From an uncultured Holophaga sp. (GTDB lineage Bacteria > Acidobacteriota > Holophagae > Holophagales > Holophagaceae), in NCBI GenBank assembly GCA_963664825.1, contig OY761614.1, positions 2,464,001 to 2,528,000 of the forward strand: DNA of 64,000 nucleotides, written 5' to 3'. Below the pieces are notes generated by a model. The model worked only from the letters and a program-made list of their open reading frames with translations. It searched no databases and was not told where the DNA came from. Positions 18,863 to 28,465 of the stretch are shown here, in pieces (position 1 is the stretch's first letter; the number at the start of each line of letters is the position of its first letter). The position numbers and the translations under genes were made by a program.

Positions 18863-19449
18863 TCAGGATCAATCTTCTTGGCGACACGCTCACTCAGGCG
18901 GTAGGAAAGAAGCCTGATAAGGCCGAGCCGGCCCAGGTTTATGCCCAGGGCGAGGGCTCCGGCCGCTCCAGTTTCCCCATCGCCGGTTTGCTGGTGGGTG
19001 TGGTCTGCGCCTGTATTGGCCTCGTCTATTACCTGACCCTCGAGCGGGACCTGCGCCAGGCCCAGGAGAAGGTCACCAAACTCGAGCAGGAGAAGCGGGA
19101 TCTTGCCAAGTACACGGCCCTGGAGAAGACCTTCCGTGCGCAGAAGGAATCCCTCGAGGCCAAGAAGAAGGTCATGCTCGGGTTGAAGACGGCCCAACAG
19201 TTGCCCGTGCACTTGCTGGAGGAACTGGCCAACGCGCTTCCGGATGACGTCTGGTTCAAGGAAGTCACCCAGAAGGGCATGGCGATCACCATCAAGGGGG
19301 AGAGCGGCAGCTATGAGGCCATCAATCTCTTCCGGAACAAACTCAACGAGCAGAACAAGTGGTTCGGGAATGTGACCTACCCCACGGCCAACAAGAAGGC
19401 TGGCGTGGTGGAATTCACCGTCTCCTTCGATCTCAAGAACCCAGCCTGA
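18859..19449 (+). CDS. pilN: Type IV pilus assembly protein PilN
   Basis: MIRINLL, TM helix, coiled coil, LP.DVW; ATGA overlap with pilM. Confidence 0.92.
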   Translation: MIRINLLGDTLTQAVGKKPDKAEPAQVYAQGEGSGRSSFPIAGLLVGVVCACIGLVYYLTLERDLRQAQEKVTKLEQEKRDLAKYTALEKTFRAQKESLEAKKKVMLGLKTAQQLPVHLLEELANALPDDVWFKEVTQKGMAITIKGESGSYEAINLFRNKLNEQNKWFGNVTYPTANKKAGVVEFTVSFDLKNPA

Positions 19450-19457
19450 GGTAACCC

Positions 19458-20063
19458 ATGAACTCCCAACTACAGAAGCAAATTCTGGTCGGCGGGCTCG
19501 CGGGACTGCTCATCACCGTGCTTACCTGGGTTTTCCTCAGCGGCAAACGGGATGAACGCGCGGCCTTGAACGCGAGCATCGTATCGCTCCAGAAAGAGGT
19601 GAACACTGGCTATCAGCTCAAGGCCAATTACGAGACGCTGAAGGCCGAGGTCGCCAAACAGGAGAAGCTGATCGAGGAGCTGATCAAGCTGATGCCGACC
19701 GATACCGACAGGGGCGAGATCCCCTACCGCATCAAGAAACTGGCTGACCTCGCTGGAATCGAGTTGATTTCCTTCAACGTGGAAGGCGCGATCAAGAAGG
19801 ACTATTACACCGAGTACCCCTCTACCTTCACCTTCAAGGCGGGCTACCACTCCTTCGGACAGTTCGCCTCCCAAATTTCGGGCTACGACAAAATCGTCAA
19901 CGTCAGCGAGATGCAAATGAAGCGCGAACCGGGGAAGACCCTGTGGCCTGTCTCCATTATTTGCAAAATCAGCGCCTTCGTTTACAACCCTGCTCCTCCG
20001 AAGCCCGTTGCGCCTCCACCGGCAGCGGCTCCGGCGGCGAAGACCGCAGCTGCAGGAGACTGA
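19458..20063 (+). CDS. pilO: Type IV pilus assembly protein PilO
   Basis: TM plus coiled coil, LMPT..D, YYTEYP, GYHSFGQF...I...KIVN; operon position. Confidence 0.9.
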   Translation: MNSQLQKQILVGGLAGLLITVLTWVFLSGKRDERAALNASIVSLQKEVNTGYQLKANYETLKAEVAKQEKLIEELIKLMPTDTDRGEIPYRIKKLADLAGIELISFNVEGAIKKDYYTEYPSTFTFKAGYHSFGQFASQISGYDKIVNVSEMQMKREPGKTLWPVSIICKISAFVYNPAPPKPVAPPPAAAPAAKTAAAGD

Positions 20064-20069
20064 TCAGCC

Positions 20070-20549
20070 ATGGCACGCATAATCTCCATCATTCCTCTAT
20101 TGGTCCTCACCCTGGGCCTCGGCGCCCAGGCACCCAAGACTCCGGCCACGGGGAAGGAACAGGGGCCAGCGTCCCCGGTGGCCGCTCCCGTGGAGGCCAC
20201 GCCCTCCCAGGAAGAACTGATCCAGGTCAAACAGATTCCCTATCGGACCTCGCTCATTCGGGATCCCTTCAGCGCCCCCACGGATGTGGAACAGGCCAGC
20301 AAGGGCGATCTCGTGGACGATATCGGTGTCAAAGGCTGGCTCAGGGCGGGCGGAGTCTCGTACGCCGTGGTCTCCGATTCCCGGGGAAATACCAAGCGCC
20401 TGCCTATCGGCTACAAGTTCCGGGATGGCGAGATTGTCGGGATCAACGAGAAATCCGTTACCTTCCATCAGTGGGATGTCAGTTCAACCAACCGGTCCAC
20501 ATACAGGACAGTCGTGAAGACGTTTAAGCGCGAGGAGGGAAAACGATGA
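20070..20549 (+). CDS. pilP: PilP-like pilus assembly protein
   Basis: Signal peptide, RDPF motif, G.IV.I; located between pilO and pilQ. Confidence 0.75.
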   Translation: MARIISIIPLLVLTLGLGAQAPKTPATGKEQGPASPVAAPVEATPSQEELIQVKQIPYRTSLIRDPFSAPTDVEQASKGDLVDDIGVKGWLRAGGVSYAVVSDSRGNTKRLPIGYKFRDGEIVGINEKSVTFHQWDVSSTNRSTYRTVVKTFKREEGKR

Positions 20550-22576
20550 ATGCTCGCCTGAGTTCCATGCTGGTTGCAGGGGGCGTGGTCCTGGCGGCCA
20601 TCCCGTCTGGATCGCTCCTGGCCGCACCCTCTGAACGGGAAGCTTCGATTCCTGCGAGCACCCTCCAGGGAGCCGCCCTCGAGCCCGGTGGCAGCGTTCT
20701 GAACCTGACCATCCCCAATTACACCGGGCAGCCGCGGCTGCAGGTCCTGGGTAACCCCCATCGGGTCGTGCTCGACCTGCCGGGCGTGAACCGGGGCACC
20801 TCGGTGACTCGGAAGGAGATTGCCGCCCTTTCCCAGGGCCTCATTCACAAATCCAGGCTGGCCCAGTTCGCCACGGATCCCCTCCCCATCACCAGGCTCG
20901 TGCTGGAGGTGTCCAAGGGCACCCAGGTGGCCGTCTCCCTCTGCGAGGGTGGCGTGAAGGTATCCCTGGAGGTGGGTTCTGGAAAGGTGGAGGCTCGTCT
21001 GCTCCCTGTTCTCCCTATGCCCGCCAAGGTGGCTCCCCTGGAGACGGAAACCGTGGTGGCCAAGGCCCAGGTCGCTGAAATCCCAGTGGCACCCGAAGCC
21101 GCGCCAGCCAAGGTCGCCACTCCCCTTCTCCCCGTTCCTGCTATCGGAATGCCCTTCCAGTCCTTGCCGAGCCTCGCGGTTTCCGCGCTTCTGCCGACGA
21201 CTCCGGGCATGGCTCAGGAAAAGTCACTGACCCATCAGTCCGCTTCCCGTGAAGATAATCGCGCCGGCAGGACGCTGGGGGATTCCCAGCTGCGCTACAC
21301 CGGGACCCGGATGACCATCGATGCCAAGGGCACCGATATCCAGGATTTCCTGCGCCTCATCGCCGAAGTGGCCAAGCTGAACCTGATCGCCGACCAGGAC
21401 GTGCAGGGCCTCTACACCTTCCGGTTCGTCGAAACCCCCTGGGACCAAGTGCTGGACATGATCCTGAAGCACGCGGGACTCGGCAAGGAAATCAGCAACG
21501 GGGTCATCCGGGTCGCCAAGGTCGAGAAGCTCCAGAAAGAAGAAGAGGATCGCAAGCGTCTCGATGACGCCAAGGCTCTGGCGGGGGATGTTCAGAGCAT
21601 CACGCGTCCCCTTTCCTTCGCCAAGGTCAGTGAGGTCAAGCCCATCCTGGAAAGGGTCATCACGAAGCGGGGCAGCATCATCATCGATGAGCGCACCAAT
21701 ACGCTGATCATCGCGGACCTGCCTCGGAATATCTTCCTGATCGATGACCTCATCGCCCAGTTGGATGTCCAGATTCAGCAGGTGCAAATCGAGGCTCGGG
21801 TGGTGGAGGCCTCCAAGAATTTCGAGCGGGACTTTGGCGTCAAATGGCCCACCTCCAATTCGGGCGATAGCAAGCTGACCGTCAATGGCTCGGACGCGGC
21901 CTGGGGCACCTATGGCGCCGCGCCTTCCTGGAATAGTGCCGGCGGCTTCAATCGATCCTCTTCCGGTCAGTCGGTGGGGGCGGCTTATTCCGGAGGCAAA
22001 TCCGGAGTGACCGATATTGCAGGTGCCGCCGGAGAATTCTGGGTCTCCTTCCTGAGCAACAAGATGAGCGTGAACTTCATCCTTCAGGCCCTGGAAAAGG
22101 AAGGCAAGGTCAAGATCGTCTCCACGCCCAAGGTTGTCACCCAGAACAACAAGAAGGCCAAGATCCTCTCCGGTGAAAAGATCCCCTATCCTTCCCAGCA
22201 GGGGGGCGCCGCCGGAGGCGCGATCACCGTGGCCTTCATCGATGCGAACCTGGAACTCGATGTGACGCCCCAGATCACCAATGACGGCACCATCATCATG
22301 GATATCAAGGTGGAGAAGTCCGAGGCCGATTTCAGCCGCACGGTCCAGGGTTCGCCCACGATCCTGCGGAAAGAGATCGAGACCCAGGTCCTGGTCAAGG
22401 ATGGAGGCACGGCTGTGCTCGGCGGTGTCTACACCAATAACACCACCATCGGAACCACGGGGGTTCCCTTCCTCTCCAAGATCCCCGTCCTGGGCATGCT
22501 CTTCCGGAGCAAGACCAATAGCGATCAGACGGCCGAACTGCTGATCTTCATCACGCCGCGCATCATCAAGTCCTAG
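20546..22576 (+). CDS. pilQ: Type IV pilus secretin PilQ (with AMIN domain)
   Basis: AMIN (NPHRVVLDL), PWDQVLD, DERTNTLII, QVQIEARVVE, LDVTPQIT, VPFLSKIPVLG.LF, ELLIFITPRII. Confidence 0.96.
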   Translation: MNARLSSMLVAGGVVLAAIPSGSLLAAPSEREASIPASTLQGAALEPGGSVLNLTIPNYTGQPRLQVLGNPHRVVLDLPGVNRGTSVTRKEIAALSQGLIHKSRLAQFATDPLPITRLVLEVSKGTQVAVSLCEGGVKVSLEVGSGKVEARLLPVLPMPAKVAPLETETVVAKAQVAEIPVAPEAAPAKVATPLLPVPAIGMPFQSLPSLAVSALLPTTPGMAQEKSLTHQSASREDNRAGRTLGDSQLRYTGTRMTIDAKGTDIQDFLRLIAEVAKLNLIADQDVQGLYTFRFVETPWDQVLDMILKHAGLGKEISNGVIRVAKVEKLQKEEEDRKRLDDAKALAGDVQSITRPLSFAKVSEVKPILERVITKRGSIIIDERTNTLIIADLPRNIFLIDDLIAQLDVQIQQVQIEARVVEASKNFERDFGVKWPTSNSGDSKLTVNGSDAAWGTYGAAPSWNSAGGFNRSSSGQSVGAAYSGGKSGVTDIAGAAGEFWVSFLSNKMSVNFILQALEKEGKVKIVSTPKVVTQNNKKAKILSGEKIPYPSQQGGAAGGAITVAFIDANLELDVTPQITNDGTIIMDIKVEKSEADFSRTVQGSPTILRKEIETQVLVKDGGTAVLGGVYTNNTTIGTTGVPFLSKIPVLGMLFRSKTNSDQTAELLIFITPRIIKS

Positions 22577-22593
22577 CGGGTATCGAGACATAA

Positions 22594-22622
22594 GAGAAAG
22601 GGCCCCGATCGGGGCCCTTCTC
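22594..22622. terminator. Probable bidirectional intrinsic terminator
   Basis: Palindrome AAGGGCCCCGATCGGGGCCCTT between convergent pilQ and the 71-aa gene. Confidence 0.7.
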
Positions 22623-22641
22623 GTGCATGGGGTCCTGGAGG

Positions 22642-22857
22642 CTACTCTTTCGGCAGAGGAAGGGTGCGGACCAGGCGCTTGCAGGCATTGCAGAGGATCG
22701 TGTAGGTGTCGGGGATCTCGCAATGATAGGCGAAGCCGGGCCCCTCCATGGGCTCCTGGGCGACCTTCTCGAGGTGGCCAAAGTGGTATTCGGCGATGCG
22801 GACGCTCTGGGGCGCGGTGAGGTCCGCTCCGCAGTTGGGACAGGTAGTGGCTGCCAT
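22642..22857 (-). CDS. Small zinc-ribbon-like protein (71 aa)
   Basis: CPNC and CNAC pairs; strong AAGGAG RBS; ends at the terminator. Confidence 0.7.
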   Translation of the reverse strand: MAATTCPNCGADLTAPQSVRIAEYHFGHLEKVAQEPMEGPGFAYHCEIPDTYTILCNACKRLVRTLPLPKE

Positions 22858-23058
22858 GCTGGCTCCTTTAAGGGGGGATCTAGCTCAGAACGAAGTGCCA
22901 GAACGCGAAGGCGATCAGTCCCAGGATGAGAAGTCCGATCGTCACGCGCAGAATTACCTTTCCGATTCTATAGGCAAGCCAGAGCGCGAGAAATAGGACT
23001 GCAAGCAGGATCAGGATCTTGAATGTCGTCATTGTCTCTTTCCGTCCGGGGTCCCAGG

Positions 23059-23169
23059 AAAGATCCCTCTTCCACTCTTGCGGCCCCCTTCGCCTTTGGC
23101 CACCTTTTCCTCGAGAATTTCGGGAAGGGAATCAGGAGCTCCTTCGGAAGCGTGAAGGAATGGGGCGAC
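23059..23169 (-). pseudogene. Possible remnant of a 3-hydroxyacyl-CoA dehydrogenase C-terminus
   Basis: PEILEEKVAKGEGGRKSGRGIF resembles the family C-terminal motif P.LL.E.V..G.LG.KSG.GFY; no NAD-binding domain upstream. Confidence 0.4.
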
Positions 23170-23336
23170 TCGAGAGAAGGGCCCGAGAAATGTGGGAATC
23201 GCGTTCACGGGTTGCTGCGGCCTGGGAGACTCCCTGAGGATATGATGAAGGTTCCCACCCGGGCAAGCCAGGGACAGATCGATTTGCCTCGGCCCGCAGC
23301 CCTTCCTTTCGTTCCCCATGCCGAGACGATTTCTTC

Positions 23337-24269
23337 ATGCTGATCGACTACGCCGCCATTACCCACCAGGGTCGGGTCCGCAAGAACAATGAGGATGCCT
23401 ATCTGGTGAGTGCCCTGGATGGCGAAGAACCCCATATCAATTCCCTCAGTCGCACGCCCAAAGTCTGCCAAGTGGGCCTCCTGGCGGCGGTGGCCGATGG
23501 GATGGGGGGGGCCGCCGCCGGGGAGATCGCCAGCCGGGAAGGGCTCGCCTCCATCTCCGTGTGCCTCTTTGGGCATTGGGGACGCTTTCCCGCGGCCACG
23601 GCCACCGAAGCGGGGCTGTGCCGGTCCCTCCTCGGAGCCGCCGAAGAAGCCAGCGCGGCCGTCCTCCGGTATTCCGATGCGGAGCGCAGCGCCCGCGGCA
23701 TGGGCTCCACCCTCACGGCTTCCGTCATCTGGAACGGCCATCTCTATCTCTGCCAAGTGGGCGATAGCCGCGCCTACTTGTATCGGCGACCTCACATGCT
23801 GCAACTGACCCAGGACCAGACCCTCGTCAATGATCTGATCGCCTCGGGCTCCCTGACCCGGGATCAGGCCCGGACCCATCCCCAGCGGAGCATGATCACC
23901 CAGGCTCTGGGCAGTCCCCAGCCCCTCAAGGCGGTGCTGAGCAAGGTGGTCCTGCGGCGAGGGGATCGCCTCCTAATCTGCAGTGATGGTCTCCATGGCG
24001 AGGTGGGAGATGGTGATCTGCAGGGTATCTTCGAACGCGGCTACTCACCTCGGCGCAGTCTCGAGCTTATGCTGGAGGCTGCCCTGGACCATGGCGGCCG
24101 GGACAATATCACGGGTATCCTCCTCAGTCTGGATGATCCAGCCTTCCCGTTGCCCCTTCCGGGCGAGGCCATCCAGATCATCACCCCAGACCCTGAGACC
24201 ATTGGATCCAATGGCCGTGGAAACAACGTTTTCGCTCGCATCGGGCGCATTTTTTCGGGCAGGACATGA
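23337..24269 (+). CDS. PP2C-type Ser/Thr protein phosphatase
   Basis: THQGRVRKNNEDA, VADGMGG...GEIAS, QVGDSRAY, CSDGL, GGRDNIT. Confidence 0.94.
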   Translation: MLIDYAAITHQGRVRKNNEDAYLVSALDGEEPHINSLSRTPKVCQVGLLAAVADGMGGAAAGEIASREGLASISVCLFGHWGRFPAATATEAGLCRSLLGAAEEASAAVLRYSDAERSARGMGSTLTASVIWNGHLYLCQVGDSRAYLYRRPHMLQLTQDQTLVNDLIASGSLTRDQARTHPQRSMITQALGSPQPLKAVLSKVVLRRGDRLLICSDGLHGEVGDGDLQGIFERGYSPRRSLELMLEAALDHGGRDNITGILLSLDDPAFPLPLPGEAIQIITPDPETIGSNGRGNNVFARIGRIFSGRT

Positions 24270-24883
24270 GCCTTCTTCAGGGATCCCTCTCTCTTCGTCG
24301 CTTTCTCGTGCTGGGGCCGGTTCCCGGGGAACAGGATCTGGTGGAAGGCCTCCGGCAGGACCAGTTCCGGCCCTTCCAGGACGGCTTGGAGGAGGAGCGC
24401 CTGGGATGGTGCGACTGGCGCAATCCGCTCATCTGCCCTCCGGATGGGGATTGGGTGGTCCAGGAGCGCTTCGCGATCTTCGGGCTGCGGATCGATACCC
24501 GGCGAGTTCCCCCGAGCCTCCTCAAGGCCCATGTGGATCTGCGCACCCAGCAGTTGATGAAGGAGAAGGATCTGGCCTTCGTCGGCAAGGAGGCCCGCAT
24601 CAGTCTTCAGGACGAAATCAAGGTCGAACTGCTGCTCAAGGTCCTGCCTACTCCCAAGGTGATCGAGGTGGCCTGGGACCTCAAGGGCGGCGTCCTGTGG
24701 ACCACTGCCTCCACGAGCAAGACCCAGGGCGCGCTCGTGGGGCTGTTCATGAAGTCCTTCGGATGCGAACTGCAGCCTCTGGCGCCCTTGCTGCTCGCCG
24801 GGCGGCTCACCCCGCAGATCCCCGTGGAATCCCTGATGGCGCTCGATCCCCTGAATATTGAACTGGAAGAGGCTGGCCGATGA
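24266..24883 (+). CDS. RdgC-like recombination-associated protein
   Basis: MSLLQGSLSLRRF, GW, LRID.RRVP, LL.K.LP.P....VAWD, F.KSFG..L, matching the short RdgC-like family. Confidence 0.7.
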   Translation: MSLLQGSLSLRRFLVLGPVPGEQDLVEGLRQDQFRPFQDGLEEERLGWCDWRNPLICPPDGDWVVQERFAIFGLRIDTRRVPPSLLKAHVDLRTQQLMKEKDLAFVGKEARISLQDEIKVELLLKVLPTPKVIEVAWDLKGGVLWTTASTSKTQGALVGLFMKSFGCELQPLAPLLLAGRLTPQIPVESLMALDPLNIELEEAGR

Positions 24884-25419
24884 CGATGGAGTTGCTTGAA
24901 CAGGGGCGTTTCCTCGGCGAGGAATTCGCGCTTTGGTTGTGGATGCGCGGCCTCACGGAAGGCGGCACCAGCGGCGTGGAGGGCGATCTCAGCGCCTGTT
25001 TCGTGGATGATGCCGTGCAACTCGTGACGGAGCGCGGCGATGTGAAGGAACTCTCCATGCGCAAGGGCAACCCGGCGGAGAGCCGGGAGGCCTTCGAGGC
25101 CCTGTCCCGGGGGATGCGGCCCAGCAAGGCCAAGGTGCGGCTCCTTTCCGGCGACATGGAATGGACCTTCACCCTCAATACCTCCACCCTCGACACCAGC
25201 ACCATGAAACTTCCACCCACCCAGTCCAAGGATTCCGCAGGGCGCGTGGCGGATCGCCTCTTCCTCCTGGAAGAGGGGCTAGGCCACCTGGAACGGCGCT
25301 TTGCGGCCTTCCTGGAACTCCGCACCCAGGATCCGAGCGGCCTGGAAACTTCTCTCTGCGAATGGGTCCGAAGCGGGCTCAGTGGGATTTCGGCAGGCGA
25401 GGTGCCATGGGAGGAGTGA
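24880..25419 (+). CDS. Conserved RdgC-associated protein (second of pair)
   Basis: FLGEEFALWLW, G.P..S.EA..AL..G..P.KA, R..DRLFL.EE; ATGA-coupled to the RdgC-like gene. Confidence 0.6.
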   Translation: MTMELLEQGRFLGEEFALWLWMRGLTEGGTSGVEGDLSACFVDDAVQLVTERGDVKELSMRKGNPAESREAFEALSRGMRPSKAKVRLLSGDMEWTFTLNTSTLDTSTMKLPPTQSKDSAGRVADRLFLLEEGLGHLERRFAAFLELRTQDPSGLETSLCEWVRSGLSGISAGEVPWEE

Positions 25420-27074
25420 GGGGCCTCTCGCTTCTGCTGCTGCCCGCGGTCCTCACAGCCGCAGGCGATCCGCTGCCCGCCGAGGTGCGTGCCAAGGCGC
25501 CGGGGGGAACTTCGGTGGCTTTGCGTCTCGTCTTCCGGAAGGGGATCCAGGTCGATGCCTCGGGCCTGCCCAAGGCCTTTTGCGCCCGAAGCGCGCCCTC
25601 CAAGGGGTGGCTCGGTTTCGAGGAACTCTCCCCCGAGGGCAAGCGCTGGGCGCTCCAGGTGCTCTGGCCCCAGGACGCGTGGCGCAAGGACGAGGTGTGC
25701 CACCGGGTCCACTGGGCGGAGCTGGAGTCCGTGTGGCTGTTGGCCGCGCTCTTCACGGGCCATGGGCAGAACTACGATCAGTTGGAGAGCGCCAACCCGA
25801 AGAATCTGGAAAAGCTCGAGAAGGGCGATCTCTGGCGGGTCCCCAAGACCCTGCTCTCCGTGGAACTGGGAGGGACGGTCAAGGGCATCCTGGACCGCAG
25901 CCAGCCCGAGGATGATCTCGATGACGAGGCCCGTGTGGCGGCCTACCGGAAGCTCCTGAATTTCGGCGAGGACAAGGGGGGCAAGTATGCCGCCTATCGC
26001 CTGCGGAAGGGCGAAGCCCTCTATTCCAGCGTCGTGATGCGCTACACGGATCGCGTGGATCCCAAGGGCGTCAATGAACTCGCCCTGGAGATCGCCCGCC
26101 GCAGTGGCATCAGTGAAGTGCGGGGGATTCCCCCCGGCACCCTCATCAAGATCCCGATTCAGCATCTTTCGGATCCCTTCCAGCCCGAAGGCACCGAGGG
26201 GTTGAGGGAAGAGCGGGAAGTGCGGGAGGAAGTGCGGCGCACGCCCAGGGTCGATGCCGGGGCGAAGCTGAAGGGCCTTCGGATTGTGCTGGACGCCGGA
26301 CACGGGGGCGTCGATATCGGCGCCACGGCCAATGGGGTCTGGGAATCGGACTTCGTCTACGACATCACCATGCGCACCCGGCGGATTCTGGAGCAGGATA
26401 CCGAGGCCATCGTATCGACGACCATCCGCTATCCCGGCCTTGGGTTCAAGGTGCGGGACGAGATCCCCCACCCCACCCGGTCGGCGGAGATCCTCACCAC
26501 GCCCCCCTTCGCCAACGATGGCGAATCGCCCAATGCCGTCAGCGTGCACCTGCGCTGGGTGCTGGCCAATGACATGCTGGCCTCCTTCCTCCGGCAGGGC
26601 GATGTGCGCAAGACCCTCTTCATCAGCCTCCACGCCGATAGCCTCCACCCGAGCGCCCGGGGCACGATGGTCTACGTGGCCGGAGCCGCCAGCGTGCCGC
26701 CCAGTTTCGCGCTAGGCGCCTCCAAGGGGGCCCATGTCGCGGAGATGAAGCGCGGTTCCAAGGTCAGTTTCTCCCCCAAGGAACGCCTGCAAGGCGAAGC
26801 CCGGAGTCGGCTCTTCGCGGAGGCCATCCTCAAATCCCTCAAGCAGGAGAAGGTGCCGGTGCACGCGAATCGTCCCATCCGCAATGTGATCCGCCGCGGG
26901 GGCAAGAGCTTTGTCCCGGCCGTCATCAGCCATTGCAGCGCCAGCACCAAGGTGCTCATCGAGGTGGCCAACCTCACCAACGAAGACGATGCGGAAAACC
27001 TGAAGCACCCAGAATTCCGGGAGCGCTACGCCGAGGCTCTGGTGAAGAGCATCCGGGCCTATTTCGGAAAATGA
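25416..27074 (+). CDS. N-acetylmuramoyl-L-alanine amidase (Amidase_3) with LysM-like N-terminal region
   Basis: Signal peptide; LDAGHGG, ESD, ISLHAD, LIEVAN zinc/catalytic motifs; GTG start after GGAGG. Confidence 0.88.
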   Translation: MRGLSLLLLPAVLTAAGDPLPAEVRAKAPGGTSVALRLVFRKGIQVDASGLPKAFCARSAPSKGWLGFEELSPEGKRWALQVLWPQDAWRKDEVCHRVHWAELESVWLLAALFTGHGQNYDQLESANPKNLEKLEKGDLWRVPKTLLSVELGGTVKGILDRSQPEDDLDDEARVAAYRKLLNFGEDKGGKYAAYRLRKGEALYSSVVMRYTDRVDPKGVNELALEIARRSGISEVRGIPPGTLIKIPIQHLSDPFQPEGTEGLREEREVREEVRRTPRVDAGAKLKGLRIVLDAGHGGVDIGATANGVWESDFVYDITMRTRRILEQDTEAIVSTTIRYPGLGFKVRDEIPHPTRSAEILTTPPFANDGESPNAVSVHLRWVLANDMLASFLRQGDVRKTLFISLHADSLHPSARGTMVYVAGAASVPPSFALGASKGAHVAEMKRGSKVSFSPKERLQGEARSRLFAEAILKSLKQEKVPVHANRPIRNVIRRGGKSFVPAVISHCSASTKVLIEVANLTNEDDAENLKHPEFRERYAEALVKSIRAYFGK

Positions 27075-27140
27075 AAAGCCACCACGGAGTGTGCGCGGGG
27101 CCGCTCCGCGGTGAATCGAACTTTTGCAAGAGCCGCCCTA

Positions 27141-27869
27141 TCAGACGGTGGCTGGGGGTTCTTCCACGGCCCCTTCTACGGTCGTATAGAGGGCCAGGAA
27201 GCTCAGGCTCAAGAGGAGATCGAGGGATCCGCTCAGCAGGCGCCCCGCCCAGATCGCGGGATGGGTCATCCGCTGCCAGGGGGTGGGATCGGGCACCCAT
27301 CTCATCACGCACCAGCCCAGGCCGAAGATGAGGAGCAGGTAGGCTCCCAGGAGCAGGAGGCTCGTCCTCAGCACCGGGAGCCAGGTCTTGGCCGCGATGG
27401 CCAGACTGCTGCGCAGAGCCTGGGCCAGGGATTCCCCTCGCAGGAGCACGCGCAAGGGGGCCCATCCGAACATCAGGGCCAGGACGACTCCCGGGGCGAT
27501 GAACAGAGCCGCCCCCAGGCCCACGGCGAGGTAGATGAGCATGCGGGCGCCGAAGGCCTTCAGCCAGCGCTGTTCGAAGCACTCCTTCCACTGGTCCCTG
27601 GGGTTCTGGGGGTGATCGGTGGTCTCGGCGTCGAGGCGGGCCTGGAAGCGGGGCACGAAGTAGAGTTCGAGGGGGAGGATGGCGGCGAAGCCCAGCGCCG
27701 ATTGGGTGGCCAGTTCATCGGGCAGGCCCAGGCGGATCTGCAGAAGGGGCCCCAGGGCGGCCAGGAGGGTGCCCAGGGCCACGATTCCAAGGGCAATGAC
27801 CGGGTGGCGCTTCAAGAGGCTGAGGCCCGAGGAAAAGGCGCGGAGGGGGCCTGCGGCGGCAAGGGACAT
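27141..27869 (-). CDS. Integral membrane protein of unknown function
   Basis: About 6 hydrophobic helices; fills the gap between the amidase and YqgE genes. Confidence 0.7.
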   Translation of the reverse strand: MSLAAAGPLRAFSSGLSLLKRHPVIALGIVALGTLLAALGPLLQIRLGLPDELATQSALGFAAILPLELYFVPRFQARLDAETTDHPQNPRDQWKECFEQRWLKAFGARMLIYLAVGLGAALFIAPGVVLALMFGWAPLRVLLRGESLAQALRSSLAIAAKTWLPVLRTSLLLLGAYLLLIFGLGWCVMRWVPDPTPWQRMTHPAIWAGRLLSGSLDLLLSLSFLALYTTVEGAVEEPPATV

Positions 27870-27933
27870 CCCTGAAGGATAGAACGGCTCGCCCCCTCGG
27901 GGCCATCCCTGATGAAATTCACCGGGCCGCGCT

Positions 27934-28461
27934 ATGATGGCCGGGATGAATCTCCAGGCCCCCTGCCTTCTGGTGGCAAACCCCTTGCTGCTGGACCCCA
28001 ACTTCCTGCATACGGTCGTGCTCCTCCTCGAACACGACGAACAGGGAGCGATGGGCCTGGTGCTGAACCGTCCCCTGCCGCTGGAACTGGCGCAGATATG
28101 CGCTGAGAGCCATCTCACCTTTGCGGGGGACGGACAATCCACCGCGTTTCGCGGCGGGCCCGTGGAACCTCAGCGGGGCATCATCCTGGTGCGGGGCGGG
28201 CTGCCCGAGGAGGAGGATACGGTCCTGGATTTCACGGATTTCGTGAGCTTCCGCAAGGATCTGCTCGAATCGCTGCTGCTGGATCCAAGCGCCACCTATC
28301 GCCTCTTCCTGGGCTATGCGGGCTGGGGCCCCGGCCAGCTCGAGGCGGAGATGACCCAGAGGGCCTGGACCTCCATGCCCTTGAAGCCCGAGTGGCTGAT
28401 GCATGAGGAACCCCGCACCCTCTGGCCGCTCGCCATCGAAGAGGCCGCTGGCGGCCTTTAG
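27934..28461 (+). CDS. YqgE/AlgH family protein (DUF179)
   Basis: LLVA.P.L.DPNF..TVVLL.EH...GAMGLVLNRP, GGPV, LGYAGWGPGQLE.E...W. Confidence 0.93.
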   Translation: MMAGMNLQAPCLLVANPLLLDPNFLHTVVLLLEHDEQGAMGLVLNRPLPLELAQICAESHLTFAGDGQSTAFRGGPVEPQRGIILVRGGLPEEEDTVLDFTDFVSFRKDLLESLLLDPSATYRLFLGYAGWGPGQLEAEMTQRAWTSMPLKPEWLMHEEPRTLWPLAIEEAAGGL

Positions 28462-28465
28462 GCCT

